Source: Candidatus Sumerlaeia bacterium (GTDB taxonomy: Bacteria; Sumerlaeota; Sumerlaeia; SLMS01; JANRJK01). Taken from it: a stretch of 64,000 nucleotides of DNA. The position numbers were made by a program, and so were the translations under genes. Under the pieces are notes generated by a model, which had not been told where the DNA came from, made no database searches, and saw only the letters and a program-made list of their open reading frames with translations. The stretch lies in assembly GCA_033764015.1 (NCBI GenBank), contig JANRJK010000028.1, positions 1-64,000 of the forward strand. The letters run 5' to 3'. Numbering within the stretch: position 1 is the first letter of the stretch; each line of letters opens with the position of its first letter. This document shows, one piece after another, positions 37,710 through 48,594 of the stretch.

Positions 37710-38734
37710 GCAGCCGCACCTGGCTCGTCACCGGAGCCGCCGGATTCATCGGCAGCAACTTCGTCCACCTCGCGCTCGACGAGAACTGGTGCAACCGCGT
37801 GGTCGCCGTGGACCTGCTCACCTACGCGGGGAACCTCGAAAACCTCGAACGCCACCTCGGCAAGGACGACCGCCTCGCGTTCCACCGCGTCGACGTGACC
37901 GATGCCTCCGCGATCCGCGCGATCCTCGCGCAGGAGAAACCCGCCACGATCTTCCACCTCGCCGCCGAGTCGCACGTCGACCGCAGCATCGAGGACCCCG
38001 CCCCCTTCATCCGCACCAACGTCCTCGGCACGCAGGTCCTCCTCGACGCGGCGCGCCGCGCGGGCGTTCCCCGCTTCCTGCTCGTCTCCACGGACGAAGT
38101 GTACGGAAGCCTCGCGCTCGACTCGCAGGAGCGCTTCCACGAGGGCCTGCCGCTCACACCCAGCTCCCCCTACGCCGCCAGCAAGGCCGCCTCGGACCTG
38201 CTCGCGCTCGCCGCGCACCACACGCACGGCCAGGACGTGGTCATCACGCGCTGCTCGAACAACTACGGGCCGTACCAGTTCCCCGAGAAGCTGATCCCGC
38301 TGATGATCATGAACGCCGTCGCGGGCGAGCCGCTCCCCGTTTACGGCGACGGGCTCAACGTGCGGGACTGGATCCACGTGTCGGACCACTGCCGCGCGCT
38401 CCGCGCCGCCGCCGAGCATGGCCTTTCCGGCCACGCCTACAACATCGGCTCCGACAACGAGCGCCCCAACATCGACGTGGTGAAGACACTCCTCAAGATC
38501 CTCGACCGCCCCGAGTCGCTCATCAAGTACGTCAAGGACCGCCCGGGCCACGACCGCCGCTACGCGATCGACGCCGCCAAGGCGCACCGCGAGCTCGGTT
38601 GGCAGCCCCGCGTCCCCTTCGAGCGCGGCCTCCGCGAGACCGCCCACTGGTACCTTGAGAACGCGGGCTGGATGGAGCGCATCCGCAGCGGCGAGTTCCT
38701 CAGCTACTACGAGCGCATGTACGCCGGCCGCTGA
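37706..38734 (+). CDS. rfbB: dTDP-glucose 4,6-dehydratase
   Basis: VTGAAGFIGSN, AAESHVDRSI, STDEVYG, YAASK, SNNYGPYQFPEKLIP, RPGHDRRY. Confidence 0.96.
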   Translation: MSSRTWLVTGAAGFIGSNFVHLALDENWCNRVVAVDLLTYAGNLENLERHLGKDDRLAFHRVDVTDASAIRAILAQEKPATIFHLAAESHVDRSIEDPAPFIRTNVLGTQVLLDAARRAGVPRFLLVSTDEVYGSLALDSQERFHEGLPLTPSSPYAASKAASDLLALAAHHTHGQDVVITRCSNNYGPYQFPEKLIPLMIMNAVAGEPLPVYGDGLNVRDWIHVSDHCRALRAAAEHGLSGHAYNIGSDNERPNIDVVKTLLKILDRPESLIKYVKDRPGHDRRYAIDAAKAHRELGWQPRVPFERGLRETAHWYLENAGWMERIRSGEFLSYYERMYAGR

Positions 38735-38744
38735 GGCCACGAAC

Positions 38745-39830
38745 CTGCGGCTCCCTCCCGACGACCAGCTCCCCGCCTTCCGCGCCGCGCTCCTCGACTG
38801 GTTCGACCGCGGGCGGCGCGACCTCCCGTGGCGCGCGACGAAGGACCCCTACGCCATCTGGGTCAGCGAGGCGATGCTCCAGCAAACCACCGTCGCCACG
38901 GTGCAATCGCGCTGGCGCGCGTTCATCGAGCGATTCCCCACGGTGCGTGCGCTCGCCGATGCGCCGCTCGACGACGTGCTCGCGCAGTGGCGCGGGCTCG
39001 GCTACTACCAGCGCGCGCGCAACCTGCACGCCGCCGCGCAGGCCGTCGCCAAGGCGGGCGCCTTCCCCCGCACCGCCGACGGCTGGCGCGCGCTCCCCGG
39101 CGTCGGGCCCTACGCCGCGGCGGCGGTTGCAAGCATCGCCTTCGACGACCCCTCCGCCGTCGTGGATGCGAACGTGAAGCGCGTCCTCGCGCGCCTCGCC
39201 GCCCGCGAAGAGCCGGTCGAAGGCACCCGCGCGGCCAAGGAACTCGCTGCCGCCGCCCGGCGCCTCCTCGATGGCGCCCGCCCCGGCGACTGGAACCAGG
39301 CGGTCATGGAACTCGGCGCAACCGTGTGCTCGCCCCGCGCGCCGCAGTGCCCCCGCTGCCCAGTGGCGCCGTGGTGCAAGGGCCTCGCCACCGGCGCGCC
39401 GGAGCGCTTCCCCGCCCCATCCGCCAAGCCCGCCAAGGACTCGCGCACCGACCTCGCCGTCGCGGTACGCCGGGGCGACCGCGTACTCATCCTGCGCCGC
39501 CCCGCGGAGGCGCGGCACTTCGGCGGCATGTGGGAACTCCCCCGCGCCGCCGTCGATCCCGCGCTGCACCACGCGCGCGAAGCCGCGCGCGTGCTTCGCG
39601 AAGTCGCTGGGCTAGAGGCGCGCTCGATCGGCGATGCGATCCTCACGATTCGCCACACGGTGATGAACTCGCGGATCGAGCTGCGCGTCTGCGCGGCGGA
39701 GGCGGACGGCGAACCCGCGGCGCCGGGGCACGACGAGTTCCGCTGGGCGACGGCGGGGGAGTGGCTGGCGTTGCCCTCGAGCAGCACGCAGCACCGCGTG
39801 GCGAAGGCGCTCGCGGGAGAAGGCGGCTAG
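38745..39830 (+). CDS. mutY: A/G-specific adenine glycosylase (start uncertain)
   Basis: RDLPWR, WVSEAMLQQT, GLGYYQRARNL, LPGVGPY, VDANV, CxxxxxxCxxCxxxxxC cluster, NUDIX-like tail. Confidence 0.93.
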   Translation: MRLPPDDQLPAFRAALLDWFDRGRRDLPWRATKDPYAIWVSEAMLQQTTVATVQSRWRAFIERFPTVRALADAPLDDVLAQWRGLGYYQRARNLHAAAQAVAKAGAFPRTADGWRALPGVGPYAAAAVASIAFDDPSAVVDANVKRVLARLAAREEPVEGTRAAKELAAAARRLLDGARPGDWNQAVMELGATVCSPRAPQCPRCPVAPWCKGLATGAPERFPAPSAKPAKDSRTDLAVAVRRGDRVLILRRPAEARHFGGMWELPRAAVDPALHHAREAARVLREVAGLEARSIGDAILTIRHTVMNSRIELRVCAAEADGEPAAPGHDEFRWATAGEWLALPSSSTQHRVAKALAGEGG

Positions 39831-40774
39831 GCGAACCGTGTCGGCACGAAGGACCAACCGCCGACGTCCTCGCGCCCCACGCGCCGCGCGGTGCGCAGCG
39901 AGGGCTCGTTGAGCGCGTCGATGGTGCCGATGAGGAGAGGGAAGCGTTCGTCCTCCAGCTCTTCGATCAGGTGGCGCTGCAGCGCGGCGCCGAATCCGCG
40001 GCCGCGGAACCCGGCGGCGAGGATCTCTTCGATCACCACCCACCCCTCCAGCCCGTCCGTGTGCTCCGGGCGCGCGGCGATCACCCCCGCCGCCTCGCCG
40101 TCCACCGCGACGCGGAAGCAGGCGCCCCACTGGTGGCAGCCGCGCAGCGAGGCGAGGCTCTCGCGCGCCACGCGCTCGTTCAGCTCCGGCGTGGCGCGGG
40201 CGAATTCGTCGTAGGTTTCGCAGTACTCGTCGTAGTAATCCCCAGGCTCCTGCGGCACGAGCCGGATGCGGTCGAAGTGGTTGGGTAGCGGGCGCACGCG
40301 GAGTTCGTGCAGCGGGCCCGCGTAGATGCGCAGGTCCGCCTGCACCCCGGGGAGCAGGTCGAAGTCGCAGTCCCCCTGCGGCGAGCGGAGCCGGATGCAT
40401 TTCGGCCCGAACTCGGCGAACTCGTCGGTGAGTTCCGCGCAGGCGTCGAAAAGTTCGTCGTCGAAGAACGCTCGTGTTTGCGCGCGGATGCTGATGTAGG
40501 GGCGCTCCCGCTTGAGGCCGTAGAACTGGATCTGCGCCAGCACTCCCGCGCCGCAGCCGAGGACCACCTCGCGCATCGCGTAGTCCGCCGGCTCCGTGCC
40601 CGGGATCGAGCAGGCGTCGGCGTAGGTTCGGATCGAATCGGTGAGGCTGCCGCGCTCGGCGACCTCCTCCAGCAGGCGGGCGCGCGCCGACGCGAAGAGC
40701 GCGGCGTCGCCCAGCCACCCGCGGACCGCGGGAGACAGGCACGCCAAGTGGAACGCCGCGTAGTGGTCGAGCAT
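39827..40774 (-). CDS. Protein with C-terminal GNAT acetyltransferase domain
   Basis: FRGRGFG acetyl-CoA motif, N.PSLRTA. Confidence 0.7.
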   Translation of the reverse strand: MLDHYAAFHLACLSPAVRGWLGDAALFASARARLLEEVAERGSLTDSIRTYADACSIPGTEPADYAMREVVLGCGAGVLAQIQFYGLKRERPYISIRAQTRAFFDDELFDACAELTDEFAEFGPKCIRLRSPQGDCDFDLLPGVQADLRIYAGPLHELRVRPLPNHFDRIRLVPQEPGDYYDEYCETYDEFARATPELNERVARESLASLRGCHQWGACFRVAVDGEAAGVIAARPEHTDGLEGWVVIEEILAAGFRGRGFGAALQRHLIEELEDERFPLLIGTIDALNEPSLRTARRVGREDVGGWSFVPTRFA

Positions 40775-40997
40775 TGCGGACGCCTTTCGCGGGGTGGCCG
40801 GAACAATCGGAGGAAGCATGCCGCCGCGCCGCCGGCCGGGCAAGCGGGACCGCTCCGGGCAATCAATCCGCCACGCAATCAAAAAGTTCTTGCTGGTGTG
40901 ATTCGGCGCTCCCTAGCCCTTGTGGGAACCGGCGCCACTGGTAGCGTTCCGACAACACCACCGCCGAACACTCCGCGCACAAGAGGCCCACCTCCCG

Positions 40998-41690
40998 ATG
41001 CTCCTCCGCTCCCGCTCCGCCCTCCTGCTGTTCGCCGCCGCCGCCGCGGCGCTCACCCTCACCACCGGCTGCTCCCGATCCGCCAAGGGCGAAAAGCGCC
41101 TCCCCGGTGTCGCCACCAGCGCCGTCGGCGAAGACTCCTCCCGCACTGGCGGCCAGTGGGCCGCCGGCAACGGCGCCCCCGGCGTCGACGGCTTCGGCTC
41201 CGGCACCGGCGTCGGCCGCGTCCCGGGCGGCGGCAACGGTGTCGGCCTCGATGGCGCCTCGGGCCTCGACGCCAGCGGCTCGACCCCCAACAACCCCGCC
41301 GCCGGCGGTGTCGAACTCGCCACCATCGCCGGCGAGCTCGACATGGTCCACTTCGCCTACGACAGCTATGAAATCACCCCGGATTGGCAGGCGATCCTCG
41401 AAGCGCACGCCCAGTGGATCACCTCCAACCCCGGCCTCGACATCCAGATCGAGGGACATTGCGACGAGCGCGGTACCGAGGAGTACAACATCTCGCTCGG
41501 CCAGAAGCGCGCCGACGCCGTCCGCGAGTTCCTCATCTCCAAGGGCGTCGATGGCGCCCGCCTCTCGACGATCAGCTACGGCAAGATGCGCCCGCTGAAC
41601 TTCGACACCACCGAGGACTCGCACGCCATCAACCGCCGCGCCATGTTCCTGGTCTTCCAGCCGACCGGCAACTCGGTCGCCAGCAACTAA
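40998..41690 (+). CDS. pal: Peptidoglycan-associated lipoprotein Pal
   Basis: Lipobox TTGC, VHFAYDS, IEGHCDERGTEEYNISLGQKRA, SYG, NRRA. Confidence 0.9.
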   Translation: MLLRSRSALLLFAAAAAALTLTTGCSRSAKGEKRLPGVATSAVGEDSSRTGGQWAAGNGAPGVDGFGSGTGVGRVPGGGNGVGLDGASGLDASGSTPNNPAAGGVELATIAGELDMVHFAYDSYEITPDWQAILEAHAQWITSNPGLDIQIEGHCDERGTEEYNISLGQKRADAVREFLISKGVDGARLSTISYGKMRPLNFDTTEDSHAINRRAMFLVFQPTGNSVASN

Positions 41691-41716
41691 TCGACGGACA
41701 CGGACGGAGGCGGACC

Positions 41717-42391
41717 ATGCGCGCAACCCGGTGGGCGCTACGCGGCGCACCGGCGGCGGTGCTTCTGGCGGGGCTGCTGGTCCTCGGCGGTTGCCGAGGG
41801 GCCAAGCAGCCCCAGCCCATCCGCTCCGTCTACCCCAACCCCGAAGCCACGCCCGCCCCGGCGAATCTCCCGGTCGACACCGGCGACGCGGCGCGAGCCA
41901 AGACCATCGCCGTCGCGGACCCCAACGCTCCGGCGCCCACTCCTGCTCCCACCCCCGTCGCGACCCCCGCGGCGGCGCGGACGGACATCCCCCCGATGAC
42001 CAAGAAGCAGTGGGAATCGGGCGACGACATCCCCCTCGGCGCCCGCATCGCCGAGCTGCCGCCGGTGCCGTTCGGCTTCGACAGCGTGGAACTCTCGAAC
42101 GAGGCGCGGGCGATCATCGACCGAGCCGCAACCTACCTCAAGAAGGATCCGTCGCTGCGCGTGGTTCTGCGCGGACACACGGACCAGCGCGGGTCCCCCG
42201 AATACAACATCGCACTGGGCGAGCGCCGCTCCCAAGCGGTGCGCGCCGCGCTCTTGGAAGCGGGCGTCGCCGCGGACCGGGTCGAGACCTTGTCCTTCGG
42301 CGAGGACATCCCGCTCGCTCCCGGCGAGTCGGACGAGGACATGGCCCGCAACCGGCGCGTCGAGTTCTTCGTCTTCCGCCTCACCCCGTAG
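41717..42391 (+). CDS. Second Pal/OmpA-family lipoprotein
   Basis: Lipobox LGGC, FGFDS, GHTDQRGSPEYNIALGERR, NRRVEF. Confidence 0.88.
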   Translation: MRATRWALRGAPAAVLLAGLLVLGGCRGAKQPQPIRSVYPNPEATPAPANLPVDTGDAARAKTIAVADPNAPAPTPAPTPVATPAAARTDIPPMTKKQWESGDDIPLGARIAELPPVPFGFDSVELSNEARAIIDRAATYLKKDPSLRVVLRGHTDQRGSPEYNIALGERRSQAVRAALLEAGVAADRVETLSFGEDIPLAPGESDEDMARNRRVEFFVFRLTP

Positions 42392-42438
42392 GAGATTCGT
42401 TTCGCAAGGCATTCGGACCGCGGGAACGACGTCCGAAA

Positions 42439-42476
42439 GCGAAGCCCCCGGAGGACTGGTCCTCCGGGGGCTTCGC
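42439..42476. terminator. 18-bp inverted repeat, probable bidirectional terminator
   Basis: GCGAAGCCCCCGGAGGAC-TG-GTCCTCCGGGGGCTTCGC between convergent genes. Confidence 0.75.
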
Positions 42477-42500
42477 GTTTGCCTATCGAGCGGTCGGGGT

Positions 42501-43283
42501 TCAGAACTGCCGGCCGATCCAGTCCTTCGCCTCGACGTGCTGGCCCGTGTAGCCGCGGCTGAGGTCGCACGCCAGGTAGATGAAGGCGTTCACCACATCC
42601 TCCGGGCGGGGGAGCGTCGCCGGGTCCTCTTTCGGGAAGGCCGCCGCGCGCATCGCGGTGCGGATCGCGCCCGGGTTCACGGTGTTCACGCGGATGTTGT
42701 ACGGCGCCACCTCTTCCGCAAGCGTTTCGGAGAGGTTCTTCACCGCCGCCTTGCTGGCCGCGTAGGCGCCCCAGCGCGCGCGTCCGCTGTGTGCGACGCC
42801 GCTCGTGACGTTGATGATCGAGCCTGTGTTGTTGGGGATCATCACGCCGAGCATTCCCTTGGTGACCGCGAACGTCGAAGTGACATTCGCGGCGAAGACG
42901 GCGTTCCAGTCCTCGATCGAGTAGTGCTCGATGTCGTCGCGGGGACCGAGCAGGCTCGCGTTGTTGACCAGGATGTCGACCTTGCCGAGGCCGCGCGTGG
43001 CGGCGATGAAGAGCCTCGACGCCTGCCCGGCGTCCGCGAGGTCCACGCGGGCGCTCACCACCTCCGCGCCGAGGGCGCTGATCTCCGCCGCCGCGTTCTT
43101 AAGGTCCGCGTCGGTGCGCGCCGCGATGAGGATCTTCGCCCCTTCGCGGGCGTAGGCCTTGGCGATCGCGAGGCCGAGGCCTCGCGTGCCGCCGGTGACG
43201 ACGGCCACCTTCCCGGCTAGGCGGCCGTTCGGTTCGACGACGGGGGATGCGGTTGCCGAGGGGGCGGTGCTGGCTGCGCTCAT
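42501..43283 (-). CDS. SDR family oxidoreductase (YciK-like)
   Basis: VTGGTRGLG, NNA, YAASK, NPGAIRTAMRAAAFP. Confidence 0.9.
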   Translation of the reverse strand: MSAASTAPSATASPVVEPNGRLAGKVAVVTGGTRGLGLAIAKAYAREGAKILIAARTDADLKNAAAEISALGAEVVSARVDLADAGQASRLFIAATRGLGKVDILVNNASLLGPRDDIEHYSIEDWNAVFAANVTSTFAVTKGMLGVMIPNNTGSIINVTSGVAHSGRARWGAYAASKAAVKNLSETLAEEVAPYNIRVNTVNPGAIRTAMRAAAFPKEDPATLPRPEDVVNAFIYLACDLSRGYTGQHVEAKDWIGRQF

Positions 43284-43324
43284 GGCGTGGCGGAAGGCTC
43301 CTGCGTGGTTGGTCGGAGTTGGAG

Positions 43325-43834
43325 TTACTTGATCGCGGCGAGGACCGGCGCGTAGTCCGGCTCCGCCGAAAGCTCGGGGACGATGTGCGCGAACTTGACG
43401 ACGCCGTCGGGCCCGACGACGTAGACGGCGCGGGCCAGCAGGCCCAGCTCCTTGACGACGAGGCCGAACTTGTTGCCGAAGTCGTGTCCGCGGTAGTCCG
43501 ACAGCATCACGACGTTCTTCGCGTCCTTCGCGGCGCACCAGCGCGCCTGCGCCGGCGGAAGGTCCATGGAAACGGTCAGCACCACAACGTTGTCGCCGAG
43601 CTTCGACGCCTCGTCGTTGAACCGCGCCGTCTGCCGTTCGCAGACCGGCGTGTCGATCGAGGGGATCGCGCTGATGACGACCGTCTTGCCGCGGTAGTCG
43701 GAAAGCTTCACGGCGTCCGTGAGCGACTTGTAGGCGGTGAAATCCGGGGCGTGGTCGCCGGCCTTGACGTCGCCGTCGCCGACGAGCGTCAGCGGCGAGC
43801 CCTTGAATGCATGCAGTCCAGTGCGTTCCTTCAT
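43325..43834 (-). CDS. tpx: Thiol peroxidase (atypical 2-Cys peroxiredoxin)
   Basis: PSIDTPVC, SMDLP.AQARWC, LLARAV, EPDY. Confidence 0.95.
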   Translation of the reverse strand: MKERTGLHAFKGSPLTLVGDGDVKAGDHAPDFTAYKSLTDAVKLSDYRGKTVVISAIPSIDTPVCERQTARFNDEASKLGDNVVVLTVSMDLPPAQARWCAAKDAKNVVMLSDYRGHDFGNKFGLVVKELGLLARAVYVVGPDGVVKFAHIVPELSAEPDYAPVLAAIK

Positions 43835-44168
43835 GGGAGCGGAGGATCCGTTCGGGGGGGTGTTCCAACGACCAGCGCGAGGCTGGAAACAGCCGCGGGA
43901 GCGGGCAAGCAAGAACGGGGCTGGCTGTTGTCGGCGGGCGCACCCCGCGATTTCCAGGTCGCTTGCCTCGCGAAGCGGGGCGGCCTGCGCCGGGGACGTT
44001 CTACCGCACCGAGGCGGCGGTGCGGAAATGCGACAAGGAGTTGCGGGATCGTGTCCGGTTTCGCTTGTCGCAGGGGCGGCCAGGTGGGCTCAGAGTGTTG
44101 CGCCGGGTGCGGCCCCCCATCGGCGACCTAACTTCGAAATGGGGCCGACCAAGGAGACGAAAGGCAAT

Positions 44169-46931
44169 ATGGCGACCAATACCACCGGTGCGGGAAATCC
44201 ATCGAGCGCCCGCGCCAAAGTTAGGTCCGATGCGCCGGGCGAGCCCTTGTGGCACGCTATCCCCCCTGACGAAGCCCTCGCGCTGCTTGGATGCACCCAG
44301 GCGGGCCTCGACTCCGCGGACGCGAGGCGGCGCTTGGACACCCACGGCCGAAATGTGATCGCCAAAGGAAGGCGGGAAACGCCGTTGGAGCTGTTTTGGC
44401 GCCAACTGAACAATCCGCTGATCTTCGTTTTGCTCGGCGCAGGAGTTCTGGCGGTCGCGATGGGTAAGCTGCTTGACGGGATGGTGGTTCTCGGGGTCGT
44501 TTTCCTGAATGCGGTGATCGGCTTTGTCCAGGAGTTCCGCGCTGGCAAAGCCATCGAAGCACTCGCCGCGATGGTGCCCGAGAACACGACGGTCATTCGA
44601 GACGGCCAGCGGGCGACCATCAACGCGGCGGAACTCGTGCCCGGGGACTTGGTCGCGCTCGCGAGCGGCGACAAGGTCCCGGCGGACCTCCGCATCACGG
44701 CCGTGCGCAACCTACAAGTGAACGAGGCCTCCCTCACCGGGGAGAGCGTGCCTGTGGAGAAGGCCCTCCAGCCCCTTTCGCCGGAGACGGTGCTCGCTGA
44801 CCGCCGCAACATGTGCTATGGCGGCACGTTGGTAACCTATGGCACAGCTACTGCGGTGGTTGTGGGGACTGGAGCGGACACTGAGCTTGGGAGAATCAGC
44901 GCGCTGCTGAAGGAGTCGGCCGAGCTGGAAACCCCGCTGACTCGTTCGATTGGAAAGGTCGCCAAGGCCCTTACCGGCGGCATCGTGCTGGTTGCGGCGG
45001 TCCTGGTTGGCGTCGCGCTGCTGAGAGGATACCAATTGGCGGACGCGATCTTGGCGTCGATCACGCTGGCAGTCGCCGCGATTCCTGAAGGATTGCCGGC
45101 GATCTTCACCATCGCCCTTGCGATCGGTGTCCAGCGAATGGCCGCTCGGCGCGCCATCATCCGGAAGCTTCCAGCCGTGGAAACCCTTGGCAGCACTACT
45201 GTCATCTGCTCCGACAAGACGGGCACCCTCACCCGAAACGAGATGACGGTCCAGGCCCTCGCCACTCCCTCAGGTTCTTTCGAGGTTACCGGGGTGGGCT
45301 ATGAACCTCGGGGAGAGCTTCGCCAGAACGGCGAGACAACCCCGGTCGGGGCCGAAGTGCGCGCGCTCCTCGAAGCCGGCGTCTTGTGCAATGATGCCGC
45401 CCTCGTATCCGAGGACGGCTCGTACAAGCTGACCGGCGATCCGACGGAAGGCGCCCTCCTTGTCGCCGGGGAGAAACTCGGCGTTCCCATCAAGTCGACG
45501 CGGAGCGGGAACCCCCGTGTGGACTCGATCCCCTTCGAGAGCGAACGTCAGTTCATGGCGACCCTGAACCGGGATGGCGCCGGCATCTCCACACTCTACT
45601 TGAAAGGGGCGCCAGAGGTGGTTCTGGCCCGCTGCGAGCTCTCGGGGCAGGCTCGCGAGACGGTTCTCGCGAAGGTGGAGCGTTTCGCCTCCGGGGGCAT
45701 GCGTGTCCTCGCGTTCGCATGCAAGAAGTTCCCCACCGCGCCTGTCGTGCTCGACGAGAAGGAGCACCCCGAAGGGATGGTGTTTCTTGGACTTCAGGCG
45801 ATGATCGACCCGCCGCGTCCTGAGGCTGTCGCCGCCATCCGGCGCTGCCACGAAGCGGGCATCACCGTAAAAATGATCACGGGGGACCACAAGCTCACCG
45901 CCCAAGCGATCGGGAGGGAACTCGGCATTTCGACGGGACAGCCCGCGATCACCGGCGCGAGGTTGTCGGAGACCTCGGACGAGGACCTCGCGGATGTCGC
46001 GCGCGATAACAACATCTTCGCACGCGTCGCTCCAGAGCACAAGCTGCGGCTTGTGCGCGCCCTCCAAGCCCGGGGAAACGTAGTCGCCATGACTGGAGAC
46101 GGCGTGAACGACGCCCCTGCGCTCAAGCAATCGGATATCGGCGTGGCGATGGGCATCACAGGCACCGCCGTCTCGAAGGAAGCGGCGGACATCGTCCTCA
46201 CGGACGACAACTTCGCGTCGATTGCGGCTGCGGTGGAGGAAGGGCGGCGGGTTTACGACAACCTGATCAAGTCGCTCGCGTTCGTCCTCCCGACCAACCT
46301 CGGGGAAGCGTTCATCATTCTCGTGGCCGTGGCGGCGTTCCCGCTAATGGCCAACGGCGCGCCGTTAATGCCGATCGAGCCCGTCCAAATCCTTTGGATT
46401 AACCTCGTCGCCACGGTCGCGCTGGCATTGCCTCTCGCATTCGAAGCCATGGAGCCGAAAATCATGTCGCGGCCGCCAAGACGCCTCGACGAACCGGTGC
46501 TAGGTCCTTTCGTGGTGGCGCGCACCGTGATCGTCTCCCTTCTGATGACGGTCGGCGCCCTTGCGCTCTTTTGGTACGAGTGGACCGTGGCTCAGGCAGC
46601 CGGCGGCGACCCTGAGGCGGCCTTGAAGGAGGCCCAAACCATGACCGTCACCACGGTCGTCCTGTTCCAGATCTTCTACCTGCTCAACTGCCGCTCGCTG
46701 AAGGACTCTGTCTTGAAGATCGGGCTGTTCTCGAACAACACGGTCTACCTCGGCATCGGCGCGCTGCTGCTGCTGCAACTGGGGTTCGTCTACCTGCCGT
46801 TCATGAACATGCTCTTCGGATCGGCGCCGCTCCCGATCGAGGCGTGGCTGAAGGCGGCGCTCGCCGGCGCGGTGATCCTCCCTGTGATTTCCCTCGAGAA
46901 ATGGTGGCGCGCGCGCGCTGCGGCAACTTGA
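44169..46931 (+). CDS. Cation-transporting P-type ATPase (P2A, Ca2+-type)
   Basis: TGES, IPEGLP, DKTGT, KGAPE, MITGD, TGDGVND, ILWINLV. Confidence 0.95.
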   Translation: MATNTTGAGNPSSARAKVRSDAPGEPLWHAIPPDEALALLGCTQAGLDSADARRRLDTHGRNVIAKGRRETPLELFWRQLNNPLIFVLLGAGVLAVAMGKLLDGMVVLGVVFLNAVIGFVQEFRAGKAIEALAAMVPENTTVIRDGQRATINAAELVPGDLVALASGDKVPADLRITAVRNLQVNEASLTGESVPVEKALQPLSPETVLADRRNMCYGGTLVTYGTATAVVVGTGADTELGRISALLKESAELETPLTRSIGKVAKALTGGIVLVAAVLVGVALLRGYQLADAILASITLAVAAIPEGLPAIFTIALAIGVQRMAARRAIIRKLPAVETLGSTTVICSDKTGTLTRNEMTVQALATPSGSFEVTGVGYEPRGELRQNGETTPVGAEVRALLEAGVLCNDAALVSEDGSYKLTGDPTEGALLVAGEKLGVPIKSTRSGNPRVDSIPFESERQFMATLNRDGAGISTLYLKGAPEVVLARCELSGQARETVLAKVERFASGGMRVLAFACKKFPTAPVVLDEKEHPEGMVFLGLQAMIDPPRPEAVAAIRRCHEAGITVKMITGDHKLTAQAIGRELGISTGQPAITGARLSETSDEDLADVARDNNIFARVAPEHKLRLVRALQARGNVVAMTGDGVNDAPALKQSDIGVAMGITGTAVSKEAADIVLTDDNFASIAAAVEEGRRVYDNLIKSLAFVLPTNLGEAFIILVAVAAFPLMANGAPLMPIEPVQILWINLVATVALALPLAFEAMEPKIMSRPPRRLDEPVLGPFVVARTVIVSLLMTVGALALFWYEWTVAQAAGGDPEAALKEAQTMTVTTVVLFQIFYLLNCRSLKDSVLKIGLFSNNTVYLGIGALLLLQLGFVYLPFMNMLFGSAPLPIEAWLKAALAGAVILPVISLEKWWRARAAAT

Positions 46932-47299
46932 AGGAGTCCGCCCCGCACGGAGATGGATCTTGCGCGGTGCCACGCCCTCGCGGCAGGTCGCAGCAAGTCG
47001 CCTGAACGGACCGCCCACGCCCGGCGCAGATTGACGAAGCGCGGACGGCCGAACACTTGATCGGGTAGACAGGGTGCCGAGGCTCGTGTGCGCCTTGAAA
47101 CCGCGCGACACCCCGTCGCGAAGACCGGGGCCTCTGCTGGGGGGGCTCCACAGGAAGGATTGGGCATCAATACGTCAGCCCGGCAGCCACCCCAGCTTTT
47201 CCCTACCGCACGCGCCTGTGGCCCCTTGTCCAAGATTGCCGTTGAATCCCCCGGACCCGGTTGGCGATAAAGCGCTAAATGCGCGAAGGAGCCGCTCCC

Positions 47300-48517
47300 A
47301 TGGCCAACCCCAAACCCAACCTGGCACGCGAAGAAGCCACCCTCAAGAAGCCTGAACGCCTTGGGCTTATGGGCGTCGATAGCTTCCGCTACATCGTCCA
47401 CGATCCTGAACGCAGCAAGCGCTTCTACCTCGACAACCTCGGCTTCCGCGAGGTCGCCCGCTCGACGCCGGAGATCGAAAGGCTAGAAGGCGCCAAGACC
47501 GTCGTCTACGGCGCCCAGAACATCCGCGTCGAGGTCGCCTCGCCCAACGGCGAGCGCACCTGGGCCAAGAAGTTCCTCGACCTGCACCCGGACGGCGTCT
47601 CGCACATCACCTTCCGCGTCCGCGACCTCGAGCACGCGGTCCGCTTCATGAAGGCCCGCGGCGCCAACTTCGTCGACGACCCCATGGTGGTCGACCGCGA
47701 CGGCGGCACGTACAAGAAGGTCTCGATCATCTCGCCGCTCAGCGACGTGATCTACAGCTTCATCGAGCGGCCCTCGAACTACGACAACTTCGCGCCCGGC
47801 TTCGAGCGCGTCGGCGATCTTTACCCGCGCAACGAATTCGGCTTCCGCTTCGTGGACCACATCACGAGCAACACGCTCACCATGGCGCCCGCCGTCTGGT
47901 TCTACAAGCACATCATGGGCATGGAGACCTACTGGAACATCCAGTTCCACACCTCCGACGTGAACCCCGACTGGCACAAGGGCTCCGGGCTTCGGTCGGA
48001 GGTCGTCTGGGACCCGGACTCCGGCATCAAGTTCGCCACCAACGAGCCGCTTATGCCCAAGTTCCGCAACTCGCAGATCAACATCTTCTGCAACGAGAAC
48101 TTCGGCTCCGGCGTCCAGCACGTCGCCTTCGCGGTGCCCGACATCCTCGAGGCGGTGGACGAGCTGCACCGCCGCAAGATCCTCTTCCTCGACGCGCCGG
48201 AGGCGTACTACGACAACCTCCCGGAGCGCATGCGCCTGCGCAAGATCTTCAACATGGACAAGCCGATCGACCGCCTCCGCGACCTCGGCATCCTACTCGA
48301 CGGCGAGGACGACCACTACCTGCTGCAGATCTTCATGAAGGACTCGCAGACGATGTACGAGGAGGCCAAGGCGGGCCCCTTCTTCTACGAGCTGATCCAG
48401 CGCGCCGGCGCCAACGGCTTCGGCGAAGGCAACTTCCGCGCACTCTTCGAGTCCATCGAAGCGGGCCAGGAGGCGCGCATGAGCGGCGCCGCCGGCGACC
48501 CGCCCATGTCCGACTGA
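47300..48517 (+). CDS. hppD: 4-hydroxyphenylpyruvate dioxygenase
   Basis: VDHI, GVQHVAF, YLLQIF, FFYELIQR..GFGEGNFRALFESIE. Confidence 0.94.
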   Translation: MANPKPNLAREEATLKKPERLGLMGVDSFRYIVHDPERSKRFYLDNLGFREVARSTPEIERLEGAKTVVYGAQNIRVEVASPNGERTWAKKFLDLHPDGVSHITFRVRDLEHAVRFMKARGANFVDDPMVVDRDGGTYKKVSIISPLSDVIYSFIERPSNYDNFAPGFERVGDLYPRNEFGFRFVDHITSNTLTMAPAVWFYKHIMGMETYWNIQFHTSDVNPDWHKGSGLRSEVVWDPDSGIKFATNEPLMPKFRNSQINIFCNENFGSGVQHVAFAVPDILEAVDELHRRKILFLDAPEAYYDNLPERMRLRKIFNMDKPIDRLRDLGILLDGEDDHYLLQIFMKDSQTMYEEAKAGPFFYELIQRAGANGFGEGNFRALFESIEAGQEARMSGAAGDPPMSD

Positions 48518-48540
48518 GCAGGCAACGCAACCACACCACC

Positions 48541-48566
48541 AAGGGGCGCCGCCAACGGCGCCCCTT
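48541..48566 (+). terminator. Intergenic stem-loop between hppD and hmgA
   Basis: AAGGGGCGCCG-CCAA-CGGCGCCCCTT. Confidence 0.5.
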
Positions 48567-48594
48567 CCCGTTTCCCAATCCGGAGCACACGCCT

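Noticed and set aside
34877..38734. Nucleotide-sugar gene cluster as a novel pathway
   Set aside because: An ordinary acetyltransferase/oxidoreductase/aminotransferase plus rfbB set for surface polysaccharide.
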